From: Azolla caroliniana
Taxonomy: Eukaryota; Plantae; Polypodiophyta
Assembly (NCBI GenBank): GCA_043228905.1
Contig: JBHGNT010000003.1
Coordinates: 7,626,001 to 7,690,000, forward strand
DNA length: 64,000 bases
Direction: 5' to 3'
Shown: positions 27,316 through 39,500 of the stretch, one piece after another
Layout: each line of letters starts with the position of its first letter
Position numbering within the stretch: the first letter of the stretch is position 1
The notes under the pieces: model-generated
The model's database searches: none
What the model was told of the DNA's origin: nothing
The model's input: the letters and a program-made list of their open reading frames with translations, nothing else
Translations under genes and position numbers: made by a program

Positions 27316-30300
27316 TGTCGCGATGTTTCGCGCGTGCGTGGAGAAAGGCAGGACCACGGGGGTCTTGGACTAGGGAGTGACGGAGTGTAGGAAGTCGTGC
27401 TTCACCCTTTCCGGGGCACCCCAGGAGCACACTGGAAGAACCCGAAGGGAGAGAGGGAGAGAGAGCAGGCACACAACATTGACTCTCGCACGAACATGTA
27501 CATAAGCAAGAAAGAAACACTAAGACACATACACGCACACCAACAGAGACCTGAATGTGCACAACCAAATGTATATGTATTTACAAGACAACGAGATTCA
27601 ACACCGACTTCAAGCCGGACGTAGGTCGCATGAGATACAACCGTTGTCTATTGCCAAGCCGTCGGTCGGGGAGCTCTCGGGCTTGTCGCGCCGAGCGGGG
27701 TCTTGCACAAAGCACAGGGCAAAAAACTGGAACGTTAGATGCCAAGGCTCGACGCAGAGAAGGACGAAGAAGAAGCAGAGGAGAGCAAGAAGAAGAAACC
27801 CTAAAACAAGAGAGAGAGAAAGAGAGAACGTCTCTTCGTCTAACGGTATACCCTACTAATAAAAAATGGGCCACCCTTCTACAAGGGACCATCCCTTCCT
27901 TTTATAGAACAAGGAGAGGGATGCGCTACAATGTGGGATAAATCCCGATTTACATGGGATTCTTCGTCCCGACTTAACTCCTATTATTCAAACAATTACA
28001 CGAGGGTGAGTGCACATGGTACACCACGCCGATGTAGCCAATATTTCCTAGTTTATGCCTCTAGACGAAATTCTTCACGACATCTGCCCCCACCTAACTG
28101 CACGTCCACCGGTATGTGCCAAATCCGGTGAAGGGTGACAGATTTCGGCCGGTGAGAAACCGGTCTTCCGTAATCCGCATCCCGGCTCGCTGTCGGTTTG
28201 AACCGTCGGCTTCGGTTCTTCCTTCGCGCTTATCTCCCCGTAGGCTTGATCGACCCGCTGATGGGTCCTTCACCGTGATCTCTGTAGTACGCGTACTTCC
28301 GTTGGCCCTTGTTCGGCCGTATGCACGCCCCGCTCTCCGCCGTCTGCCCGATGTCCTTCGCTTGAGGAACACCCGTAGTGGCCCGCTTGGCCTCCGTCGA
28401 TCATTCGTGTTGTCCTGATTGCCGTCCCTTGTTGTTTCGCGTTGCCTTCGTCCTCTCGCCACCACCTTCCTTCTCCATGGTCTTACGTCGCCACATCAGC
28501 TCGAACCGCCATGGTCTTCGGAACGGTGTGGAGGATCCTCCTCTGGCCTTCCACGCGCTCCCTCCGAACCGCACACCCTCGTCCATTGTTTGGCATTGCC
28601 TGTGCCGCACTCCGTCCCGCACTCACGCTTTGATCCGGCCCACGATGGCCACTTGTGAGACTCTTGTTCCGTCCCTGGTCTGCCTTTCCGGCCCGACAGA
28701 CCTCCCCGTGTTTGCCCCTACCGGCTCCTTCTGAAACCGTAACCGGCCAGCAAGGGGTTTGCACTTTGTCCACCCTGTCTTACCGACTCCCGATCCGCTA
28801 TCTCGTGTCGTCGGGACCCGTTCCCTGCCGCCACCGTCCTTCTCCCTAGGTCTCACGCCGACTCCCGTTAGCCGGCTGCTGGAGTCTCCGGATCGGTGTG
28901 AGGGTCCCATAGGACCGAACTCTATTTCTCTGCTTGCCGAAATTCGGGTGTCTTCTGTCTAAGTCCTTCGCGACTCTCCTCGTGTCTTCCGCGTAGCCGA
29001 GCCCTGCCTTCGTGTTGCCGGGTCCTGTTTCCCGCCTCCACCAACCTCTCTCGGTCTCATGTTGCCATGTTGGCCGAATTGCAGGAGTCTCCGGTTCGGT
29101 GTGGGGATCCCGTAGGACCGAACTTCCTTATGCCCACTGACCTTGCCGGAAGATCTGAGATGGTCCGTAGCCGCCTCACCGGCCTCATACCTCCTTGCCG
29201 TTCGTTGCTTCCCATCGTCCGATAACGTTCACCTGCCGCCACCAATCTCTCCTATAGGACTCACGTCGGCACTCGGGCCAACCGCCGGATCAGTGTGAGG
29301 ATCTTCGTGGGACTGCCCATCCGCAGTTCTTTGCCTTCGTCCCCTCGCTACCACCGATCGTCACTCTAGGTCTCATGCCGGCTCTCGGGCCGACCGTCGG
29401 AGTCTCTGGATCCGGTGTGAAGGATCCTCCTCGGGCTTGTCGTATCTTTGACCCTTATCCCGGGTCTTCCTTCTTTCACAAGTCGAGAGGGTGGCTCACT
29501 CCAAACCCTCTCCCGTGGTACTGACGTACCGTGTTCTCGGCCTCTTCATACGCCTGCTCTCTTCCTCCCTCCCGGAATGGTTATCTGGGAGTCTGCTCCG
29601 CCCGGTTCTCGTCCTGGTCCGTTCATCAATCTTCGGGTTGCCGGGTCCCGTTCTCCTGTCGCCACCGACCCCTCCTATAGGACTCACGCCGGCACTCGGG
29701 CCGACTGCCGAATCGGTGTAAGGAACTCCATAGGACCGGCCTTCATTCTCCTGTACTTCTCCCGAACTCGTCGTCGCTCTCCTTGCTGCATTCCTGCCTC
29801 CATCTTCAATCCCTTTCGGTCTTACGTTGCCCCGCCGGCCGAACAGCCGCAGTCTTCGGATAGGATGTGGCATAACTGATTTCTCAATGTCTTTCGACGA
29901 CTCGTCCGGACCATCGCCCCCTTTTAGTGGTGTCGGTGGATAGCATCCGCTCTGTGATCAATCAAGCCCCGCCTGAGCTTGATTCTCCAATGTCTGGAGT
30001 TTCGGCTCCGATGCCGACCTTGCCAGACTCGTTTTGAACCTTTGATCACCTTCCTTCCAATTCCCGACCTTCGCCCGGTCGGTCTTTCTCCCCATGTAAA
30101 AGAGGGTGGCTCGTCCCGCACCCTCTCTCGTATCGGCACCTTCATGCCGAATCCGGCCCCGATCGAACAATCCACGACCGGATTACGCTCCACCCGCATC
30201 GGAGCGTCACGCGGTCCGGTCCCCGGTCGGGCCATCTCCCATCCATCTTCGCTAGCATCATGCCAAGACTCCTCAATACTGTCATCCATCTCCTCGGTCT

Positions 30301-32348
30301 CACTCGGGCTTAAGGGCCCGAACACCGAGTACTCCGGAATCGGGTTCGAGGGCTTTCGTCCGCTCCTTCCCCGTATCGTCTCACCGGTGATTCTTGGTCT
30401 CTCGCCGCCACCTTCCTCCGCTTGGGACTCACGTGGGCACTCGGGCCCGACTACCATCGTCTCGGGAGCAAGCGTGGGAAGACGCAAGGAATCGCTCATC
30501 CGTTTTACGCCCTTGTCTGTAGCCACCGGCTCTTCGTGGTCGGCGGTCGTCTCCTTACTGATCGCGCAAGCTCCGTCTACGCTTGCTTCTCCAATGACCA
30601 GGGTTTTGGGCTGACACGCCCGACACCGCTGGTTCCAACGTTCCGATCCCGCGATCGGTATTTCGGCCTCGTCCTTGGCCGTTCTATCTCCGCAAGTCGA
30701 GAGGGCGTTTTGTTCCGCACCCTCTCCCGTTGTATTGTCGTACCGATCTTCCGTCATCGTGTGAGGCAGGTCCGTCTCCTCAGTCTCGGCTTGCGGCCTC
30801 GATCTTTCCTCTTCCTCGAGCATCGCCTCGAGAGTTGCGTACGACTCCGCAATCCTGGCCCCAATGCCGACCCTTGCCAACTCTCTTTGTCGTTCGGCCT
30901 CTTCCTGCTGTGATGGCACGCCGTCGCGCGCCTTCCTCTTTGCCTTCTCGGCTCGCTCGTTGTCTAGCCGTTGGCACACCCTTCCGACCTTCGACCAGTC
31001 GTCCGTAAGCCCATTCGCTCCGTCATCGACTTCGAGCTCAATCCCGATGGACTCCCGTTCCGCTCGGTCGATCGACCTGACGAACAATAGGACTTTGTCC
31101 GCCCCCACCAAACCCTGTTCCCGGTCTGGGAGCCGAGCAAGTCGTCGCTCGAACTCTCGGAACACCTTCGTTGCGCCCCGGTGGGTCTTTGTCGATGCTA
31201 CCCACTGGTCGAAGTCGTGTTGTCCCCGACTCTTCCGCCGTCCTCCATATGCCTGTCGGAGCGCCTCTTCAAAGGCCTCCCACGAACTATGAGCTTCTCG
31301 GAGCTCCTTCACTTCCGCATGCATACGGACGGCGACAGCCCAACAGAAGAACTCCTGCCTCAACGCTTCGTCCATGTCTCGCTCCTCCATTTCTGCGTTG
31401 TAGGCTTCCAAGTAAGATGGGACTTTGTCCCGGTTGAAACGGCCGACTCTTTCGACCACTCGCTCAACTGCTTGTTGCGCTGCTTCTCGCCTCATCACCA
31501 CTCGTGCCGACTCCAACACCACTTCGGCCACCATCACTGCGAGGTTGTCGTCTTCCGACTCCATCCTCCCTCGCCGCCCTTCACGTCGGGTTCACCAAAG
31601 ATGTCACGATGTTTCGTGCATGCGTGGAGAAAGACGGGACCACGGGGGTCTTGGACTAGGGAGTGATGGAGTGTAGGAAGTCGTGCTTCACCCTTTCCGG
31701 GGCACCCCAGGAGCACACCAGAAGCAACCGAAGGGAGAGAGAGAGAGAGTAGGCACGCAACATGTACATAAGCAAGAAAGAAACACTAAGACACACACAC
31801 GCACACCAATAGAGACCTGAATATGCACAACCAAATGTATATGTATTTACAAGACAACGAGATTCAACACCGACTTCAAGACGGATGTAGGTCGCATGAG
31901 ATACAATCGTTGTCTATTGCCAAGCCGCCGGTCGGGGAGCTCTCGGGCTTGTCGCGCCGAGCGGGGTCTTGCACAAAGCACAGGGCAGAAAATCGGAACG
32001 CTAGATGCCAAGGCTCGACGCAGAGAAGGACGAAGAAGAAGCAGAGGAGAGCAAGAAGAAGAAACCCTAAAACAAGAGAGAGAGAAAGAGAGAACGTCTC
32101 TCCGTCTAACGGTATACCCTACTAATACAAAATGGGCAACCCTTCTACAAGGGACCATCCCTTCCTTTTATAGAACAAGGAGAGGGATGCGCTACAATGT
32201 GGGATAAATCCCAATTTACATGGGATTCTTCGTCCCGACTTAACTCCTATTATGCACACAATTACACGAGGGTGAGTGCATATGGTGCACCCCGCCGATG
32301 TAGCCAATATTTCTCGGTTTACGCCTCTGGACGAAATTCTTCACGACA
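27316..32348 (-). mobile_element. Non-autonomous gag-only LTR retrotransposon (TR-GAG-like), related to 33419-40718
   Basis: LTRs at 27316-28082 and 31602-32348. tRNA-Trp PBS TGGTGAACCCGACGTGAA (minus strand, ~31580-31597). PPT GTTAGGTGGGGGCAGA. Flanks ACGC/ACGA. No RT or integrase. Confidence 0.9.
29924..31564 (-). CDS. Gag-like protein, 546 aa, with a low-complexity charged tail
   Basis: The N-terminal ~200 aa align by eye with the gag at 34252 (VGRFNRDKVPSYLEAYNAEM vs IGRFDGKDATKYLASYGAEM; VLLFVRSID vs VLLFVKSVD; GLTDDW vs GLTTDW). Confidence 0.8.
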   Translation of the reverse strand: MESEDDNLAVMVAEVVLESARVVMRREAAQQAVERVVERVGRFNRDKVPSYLEAYNAEMEERDMDEALRQEFFCWAVAVRMHAEVKELREAHSSWEAFEEALRQAYGGRRKSRGQHDFDQWVASTKTHRGATKVFREFERRLARLPDREQGLVGADKVLLFVRSIDRAERESIGIELEVDDGANGLTDDWSKVGRVCQRLDNERAEKAKRKARDGVPSQQEEAERQRELARVGIGARIAESYATLEAMLEEEERSRPQAETEETDLPHTMTEDRYDNTTGEGAEQNALSTCGDRTAKDEAEIPIAGSERWNQRCRACQPKTLVIGEASVDGACAISKETTADHEEPVATDKGVKRMSDSLRLPTLAPETMVVGPECPRESQAEEGGGERPRITGETIRGRSGRKPSNPIPEYSVFGPLSPSETEEMDDSIEESWHDASEDGWEMARPGTGPRDAPMRVERNPVVDCSIGAGFGMKVPIRERVRDEPPSFTWGERPTGRRSGIGRKVIKGSKRVWQGRHRSRNSRHWRIKLRRGLIDHRADAIHRHH

Positions 32349-33705
32349 ACGAACCAGACGGTCAGATGCTCTACTCCCAGTCGAATGATAGAGGAGGATT
32401 CGGCCGAGGAAATAGAGGTTGGTTCAGTAGAGGGCAATAGGGTCAACCGACCCGAGAACACAACTCCCACCAATGGCAACACGATAGGAACAATTTCAGG
32501 GAGTTCAACAGAAGGGGGAGCCATCATGCCGGACTGAGCCATCATAACAACCTTATCAAATGTGCATACTGTGGGAAAGTCGGCCACTACGAATTCGAGT
32601 GTCGAAAGAAGCAACGAGAGTCGGCTTCGACCAATTGACAACTCACAAATTACGCCACGAATTCTGATTATGATGACCATGGCGGAATGTTTGTAATGAG
32701 GCACAAATCTCATTCGATATCGACACAAGGTCAGACAAGCACCTCCTCATCGAATAATGTATGGTTTGTCGACTCAGGAGCATCCAATCATATGACGTCT
32801 CACGAAAATTGGTTTTGAGAGTTAAAAAACCTCGATCGACCTAGCTATGTTGAAACCAAAGATGACACAACTCATTCGATTCGGCATATCGGAAATGTCC
32901 CATTCAGGAATGACGGGAAACAAACCTACCTCAAGAACATCTTGCATATACCAACCATCATGAAAAACCTAGTCTCGGTCAACCAGATTGTCGAACAACG
33001 TATGCAAGTACGATTCAACAATGACAGATGCTTCATTGAAAAAGACGATTGAGTCATAGCTCACGATCAAAGAGAAGGTCGAATGTTCAGCCTCGAATCG
33101 AACTAGGTGAAATTGGCCATGTTCACAAAAGGCCTTAAAGTCGAAACCCACTTGAACCTGTGGCACCAGCGAATTGGCCACTTCAAACTCCAAAAGTTTA
33201 AAGGAATGCAGTCGAAAGGAGTCGTAATCGGATTCTTGACATTTACCAAAAAGGAGATAGTTGGTGTAATATGTGAAGCCTGCCAGTTCGGCAACAACAC
33301 CGGCAACCATTTCCGAAAAAGAGGAACGTGAACAAAGGGATCCTAGATCTCATACATTCAGATGTATGGGGACCAGCACAGACAACCACATTCGACGGAT
33401 GTCGATACTATGTCACGTTGTCGTGAAGAAAACCGTCCATAGGCGGAATCGGCGCACCAAGGCGTGGGAACCGGTTCTTCACGCGCGCACGCTCCAAGTA
33501 GTACATAGAAGCGAATTAGGAGGATAATCGGCAGGAACGGGCCCTAACTCAAGTGGAGACAAAGACCGCGCGAACAGTCTTTTCGGTCGCGCGCGCGAAC
33601 TGTACGAGTCGGCGGCGTAACTACGCGGATGCGTGGAAAAACGGAGCGGATCCCTGTCCAAAAGGGACAGGGAATAAAGCTGACAGGACGGCCTACTCGT
33701 CGGCC

Positions 33706-33712
33706 TATATAA
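33706..33712 (+). promoter_or_regulatory. LTR TATA box
   Basis: cTATATAAg within an otherwise GC-rich LTR; also present at 40216-40222. Confidence 0.65.
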
Positions 33713-34211
33713 GGAGCGGGAAAGAGCTGTTGCAGAGATATCTCGCGCAGAGAGGACGAAGTGCTGCCGGACCGTTTCTGGACGCTTCGCTCTCTGTTTC
33801 CTTCCTTCTTGAGCTCCATAGCTTTCCGTGCAGGGTTCCGAGGAGGCTCGCGCTGTTTTCGAGGAACGCCCGAGTGCTTCCGGCAGCACCTCCGACCAGC
33901 TACAGCCCCTTTGAGCGTCGAAGTGAACAGGCATCGGCATCTGTTCGCCGGCCTGTTCGGTCGTAACCAACCTGTGCCCCGTCGAGGGTTGTAGTCGTGT
34001 TAGCCGTTTTTCTTAATATACACATTTAGCCATTCGCCTCTGTCTGTGTCGGTGTCTGTTCGTGTTCTCCGTGCTGAAGGGCCGTGTCCCTGTGTACCCC
34101 GGTCCTGCGTAGCCGGTTCTCTCTCTTTCCCCTCCCTCGCTTGCTCTTTGGTTCGAGACCCCCGCGGTCCCGCCTCGATTCCACACGCACTTGCATAATA
34201 TCCCGACATCT

Positions 34212-34229
34212 TGGTGAACCCGACGTGAA
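34212..34229 (+). promoter_or_regulatory. Primer-binding site complementary to tRNA-Trp
   Basis: TGGTGAACCCGACGTGAA is the reverse complement of TTCACGTCGGGTTCACCA, which matches the plant cytosolic tRNA-Trp 3' end as I recall it. Confidence 0.85.
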
Positions 34230-34251
34230 AGAGGCGGCAGAAGAGCAGAAG

Positions 34252-36378
34252 ATGAGGGGGTCGGATCTCGCAGAGGCCATGGCTTCGGCCGTGGATCGGA
34301 TTGTAAACGCGCGCGAGAGCACCGGTGCCCTCGACAGAGCTATTGAGGCGGTCGTCGGTACGATCGGCCGGTTCGATGGGAAGGATGCCACGAAGTATTT
34401 GGCGTCCTACGGTGCAGAGATGCTGATGCGGGACATTCCGGAAGGAAGGCGTCTTGCCGGATTTCCCCGAGTGGCGATGCCGAGCATCCATGCGGAGGTG
34501 CTCGAGGTGCGGGCGGAGAGCCGTACCTGGGAGGAGTTCGAAGGTCGGCTCCTAGAGAAATACGGGCTGGACGATGCGCTCCGGCTTTCGAAGCGAAGGT
34601 TCATGGAATGGGTGGAGTCCCCGGGGAAGGGAAGAAACGCGTCGGCACTCCTCCGGGAGTTCGAGGAAAACTTTGCGCGCCTTTCGGCGCTCGACCGAAC
34701 CATCCTGGACACGAGCCGGGTCTTGCTGTTTGTCAAGTCGGTCGACGAGCGGGATCGGGAGCAAGTGGGCCTCTTGCTGGAAACCGAAGACGGGCTCACT
34801 ACCGACTGGGCGGCTGTCAAGAAGGTCTGTGGCCGTTTCGACAAACGGCGAGAATGGGCGGATAACGGGGTAACCGGGTCGGGCTCGGTCGCAGCAAGGA
34901 AGTTCGAACCAGCGCCACAGGTGCGAAAGGAAGAGACCCGAGAGTGGTTGGAAACCGGTTCGGCTTCGACCGGCGTAGTCAGAGGCTCAACCGGAGGAGC
35001 GGCGCTGGAGGAATTGACGAGGGCGGTAAAGGACCTCCAAATCGCGCAAGCCCGAAGGGAAGGTGGCGAACCGGCTCGTGACCGACGGCCGGCGGCAGGA
35101 AACAGGTGCATGTGGTGCGATGAAGTCGGCCACATTCGGAAGGACTGCGGCGACTTCGCGGAGGCGCTGAGGGACAGGGTGGTGTACCTGTGGGAAGGAC
35201 GGGTGCATGCCAGCGACACCCGAAGGGCCCTGAGCCGAAACGACGGAAAAGGTGGTATGAAAAGGTTGATGGAAGAGGCGGCGGCCCGACACGCGGAAAC
35301 CGTCCACTACTCGGCGTCGGCCGGCATTCGAGTCGGGGGCGGCGAGGCCCGAAGGGAAAGCAAAGCCGGATTCTGGCCGACGATGCTGGAAGGCCTTGCC
35401 GGTGCAAGGCTTAAAGGGGAGGAATCGGACCGTGCGGAGAAACGGGTACGTGAGATGACCGGGTGGAGCGACCCGGTCGAGGAACGGACGGGCTTCGTGG
35501 AAGCCGCTTGCCAGAACTACGAGGCTCTGGTAGAAGAGAAGCGGGTGGGGAAACCCGGGACGACCGGGCCCTCACAACGATACGAGACCCGGTCCGGGCC
35601 ACGACGGGACGAATCCGGCGGGGCCGGCACGCAAGATAAACCCCAGAAGGGCGGGTACCGTCTGGGGACGGAGATAGAAAGGACCACGGACTTACGGAAG
35701 GTCCTGGAGGAACGGATCCTCGACAGCAAGGTGGAGCTGTCGTTACGAGAGGTGCTGGGAATCGCCAAGAAGGAGTTCCACGACTCCATCGTGGACTTGG
35801 TGAAACGGAAGAGGCTGTCGACGGAGACAGAACCGGAAAGACCGGTGGAAGTGCGGACGACGCACCTAGACGACATGGCGCTGGGAGACGAGTGGGCGGA
35901 AAGCCACTATTCGAGGCCACACTGGGCCCGAGCGACCACGGAAACCCCGGTGAAGATCGGCGATGTCCAGGAACCGGTGACAGCTTTGGTGGACCACGGA
36001 TCGGAGATCAATTTGATGTCCATGGACTTCTATAAGAAGGGCAAATGGCCGATCAACACCAAGCACGGGTGGAAAATAAGGGCAGCAACGCGCGCCACCG
36101 AGGAACTGCACGGGGCCTGTCCGAATGTGCGAGTCAAGATTGGCGACGTCGAGATTGACCAGCACTTCTTCGTGCAGGAGACGTCTTCGCATCCGGTCAT
36201 TCTGGGAGAGCCGTACATCACGGCGGCGCGAATGGAGACCAAAGTGCTGGACAATGGTTCGGCCTACGCGAGAGTCAAAAGCCAAGACGGGCGCCATTCG
36301 GTCCAGTTTCTGACGGTAAGGCCGAACCACGAACGTAACCGCGATTCCCTCGGTTCCGAAACCCGAGAGGATTTTTAG
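34252..36378 (+). CDS. Gag-protease polyprotein
   Basis: CCHC knuckle CMWCDEVGHIRKDC; protease motifs ALVDHGSEINLM and VILGEPY. First ATG after the PBS is at 34252. Confidence 0.9.
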   Translation: MRGSDLAEAMASAVDRIVNARESTGALDRAIEAVVGTIGRFDGKDATKYLASYGAEMLMRDIPEGRRLAGFPRVAMPSIHAEVLEVRAESRTWEEFEGRLLEKYGLDDALRLSKRRFMEWVESPGKGRNASALLREFEENFARLSALDRTILDTSRVLLFVKSVDERDREQVGLLLETEDGLTTDWAAVKKVCGRFDKRREWADNGVTGSGSVAARKFEPAPQVRKEETREWLETGSASTGVVRGSTGGAALEELTRAVKDLQIAQARREGGEPARDRRPAAGNRCMWCDEVGHIRKDCGDFAEALRDRVVYLWEGRVHASDTRRALSRNDGKGGMKRLMEEAAARHAETVHYSASAGIRVGGGEARRESKAGFWPTMLEGLAGARLKGEESDRAEKRVREMTGWSDPVEERTGFVEAACQNYEALVEEKRVGKPGTTGPSQRYETRSGPRRDESGGAGTQDKPQKGGYRLGTEIERTTDLRKVLEERILDSKVELSLREVLGIAKKEFHDSIVDLVKRKRLSTETEPERPVEVRTTHLDDMALGDEWAESHYSRPHWARATTETPVKIGDVQEPVTALVDHGSEINLMSMDFYKKGKWPINTKHGWKIRAATRATEELHGACPNVRVKIGDVEIDQHFFVQETSSHPVILGEPYITAARMETKVLDNGSAYARVKSQDGRHSVQFLTVRPNHERNRDSLGSETREDF

Positions 36379-36434
36379 AGAGGACTGCCAAGGCGTGGGG
36401 CCGCGACAGTCCGGATGCTCCGGGAAAACCCCAC
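36369..36434 (+). promoter_or_regulatory. Candidate -1 programmed ribosomal frameshift signal (slippery heptamer plus pseudoknot)
   Basis: G GAT TTT (36369-36375), 6-nt spacer, stem 1 GGACTG/CAGTCC, stem 2 GTGGGG/CCCCAC. The -1 frame is open into pol. Confidence 0.75.
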
Positions 36435-36500
36435 ATCTGTACGATAAAACCGTGTACAATAGGTAGGAAATTTTGCTTCTCCGACAGCGGAGCATGTACG

Positions 36501-39500
36501 ATGGTCGGCATCACCGGCCGAGAGAAAACAAAGACGGAGGGGAGACTTCGGGCGTGCGGAGTTCTCGGCTCTGACGAAGGAATCAACGGAGCCGTGGAGG
36601 CAGTCTCTTTCGACGACACCTTGGGAATGCTGGGGAAGGTAGTCGAAGAAGACCTTAACGAAGACCGGACGATACCGGTATGTTCCGAAGAAATGTACGA
36701 AGTCATCGCGGACTTCGGTCGAGGGCTCGAGTCGGAACGGACGGCCCGGGTGAGCACCAAGTACAAGACGGTGGACCGGAAGGTGAGGCCAGTTGCGGCG
36801 CCCTTACCGGAGGGCAGTGAATCCCGGATTAAAGGGGTTGCATCGGACCCCAGCTTACGAGATCGGGCCTGCATAGGACACACCTTCACCAACGAGACGC
36901 TCCGCGAGCTGAAGATCGGTGGGGGCGGGTTCCTACTGCCGGCGGAGGAAGACCGGTTCCGGAGAATGCTCGGAAGGCACGGGAAAGCCTTCGCATTCTC
37001 GCCGGAGGAAATCGGGTGCGTGGACCCGACGATCGTAGAGCCGATGGTGATATTCACGGTACCGCATGTACCGTGGAATCTCAAGCCAATTTCGGTTCCG
37101 AGAGCTCACATCCCGAAGTTGATGGAGCTGTTGAAGCAGAAAGTTGATATGGGCATTCTCGAGCCGTCGAGCGCCCCGTATTCAAACCGCTGGTTTACCG
37201 TACCAAAGAAAAACGGATCATTGCGCTTCATTCAGGACCTGCAGCCGGTCAATAGAGTGACCATTCGGAACGCGGGGATCGGACCGACCATAGACGAGTT
37301 CGCGGAGGCCTTCGCCGGAAGGTCGATTTACTCGGTCGGTGATCTATACTCAGGGTATGACCAGTTCCAGCTAGCCGTGGAGAGCAGAGACATTACGACG
37401 ATGCGAACTCCCCTCGGCCTAGTGCGGATGTGTACGCTGCCGCAAGGAGGGACCAACTCGGTGGCCCACATGGTGAATGCGATGAACAAGGTGCTGAGGG
37501 ACTGCATCCCGAACATCACCATGCCGTTTCTAGACGACATCCCGATCAAGGGATGCCCGGTAGAAGAGAAGGACGAGACGATCGGGCCGGACGGATGCCG
37601 GCGATTCGTGACGGCGCACATCGACGACTGCGAGAAGGTGCTGCAAAGGCTAGAGGAGGCGAGGCTCACCTTCTCGGGGGAGAAATCAGCCTTCGGGCAG
37701 TCGGAAATCATGGTGGTCGGACACTTATGTGGGCCATATGGCCGGAAACCGTCTCCGGCAAAGGTAGAAGCCATCTCCGCGATGAAGCCCGACTGCAGCT
37801 CGGTCACGGAAGTGCGAAGATTCCTGGGGGCATGCGCATTCTACCACATATGGATCCCGCATTACGCCCACGTTGCGGAGCCGCTATACGGATTACTGAG
37901 GAAAGGGCGAAGATTCGAATGGCTAGACAAGCACACGGAGTCGGTCCGGAAGCTGAAGGAGGCTCTTTCGGCAGCACCGGCGCTCCGAAAGGCCGTCTAC
38001 AGGAAGGGCACCCCAGTGTACATAACGGTTGACACGAGTCCGACCGGAATCGGGTGGGTCGTCAACCAAGAAGACGAGGACGGCAATCGGTTCCCGATCC
38101 GATTCGGTGCGAAGGTCCTCAGCGAACGGCAGCGAGGATACGCCCAGGTTAAACGCGAACTCTGGGGTATCGTTTCGGCGGTGAAGGCCGACAAGGACTA
38201 TCTGATCGGGACGGAGGTAATCATAGAGACGGATTGCATGCCGATTCTCGGCATGATTTCCGGATGCGCGACGCCGGACCTGGCAATGCTCAGGTGGATA
38301 GCGTATATCAAGTCCCTAGACCCGGTAATACGACACATTTCCGGGAAAGACAACGCCATGGCCGACATGCTTTCAAGGGCGAGATTCGATGACGAGGGCG
38401 GCATGGTTTCGGAGGACGAAGACGTCGGCGTGGACTTCTTCGAGACTGCGTATGTAACAACAGACGGAACAAGCACTCCGGCGCTTAACGACTTCGACGC
38501 GAGCAAGTACGACGGGGAGTGGCTGCAGATCGGTGGGTTTCTGAAGACAATGACGCCCGATGCGTCATGGACGAAGGACGAGGCCGACCGGATCCGGAAG
38601 AAAGCGTACCGGTTCTTTCTCCGGGATAGCTGTCTATGGAAGCACCCGAAGAAGAAGGACGGCGTTCCGCTCCGGGTGGTGGCGATGAAGGAAGAACAGG
38701 AGGAGCTGCTGACGGCCTACCACGACAGCCCTTGGGCTGGACACCGTGGAACATGGGCTACGTTTGAGAAACTGAAGGGGAAGTATTGGTGGCCGGGGCA
38801 GTACCAGGACGTGCATCGGTTCGTGACAACTTGCGAGAGCTGTCAGATGCACTCCACAGTCCGACATCGGGACGAGCTTCACCCCACGTACCCTCCGACC
38901 ATCCACTTCAAATGGATGGTAGATCTGGTGACGATGCCAATGGGAGTAGGACAGATGCGGTACCTGGTCCTAGCGCGGGAGGATCTGACGAACCAGGTGG
39001 AAGGCCGGGCCCTTCCGAACAAAACAACCGCGGCCGTATGCCGGTTCCTAGTCGAGGACGTGATATGCCGGTATGGGTGCGTCGGAAAGATCGTGGCTGA
39101 CCGAGGGGAGTTGGACGCCGAAGAAGCCGCGGAGCTGTTCGACCGGCTGGGAGTCAAGCTCTCGCTCACCACTGCGTACAATCCGGAGGCGAATGGAAAG
39201 GTGGAGCGCGGACACGGACCGATCGTCAAGGCGTTGGTTCGGGCATGCAGAGGCCGAGTCGGTAACTGGCCGCGGCTGCTACCTTATGCTTTGTGGGCGG
39301 ACCGGACCACGCACAGTTCGGTAACCGGGTACATGCCGACGGAGCTCATGTTCGGCCAGAAGCCGATCATGCCGATGGAACGGACGATCTCCTCGTGGGC
39401 AACGGTCGACTGGAGGGACGAGATGAGCCGGGAGGAGTTGTTGGCCGCGCGCATACGACAGCTCGAGCGGAGACCGGAGGACGTGGAACTGGCTGCGGAG

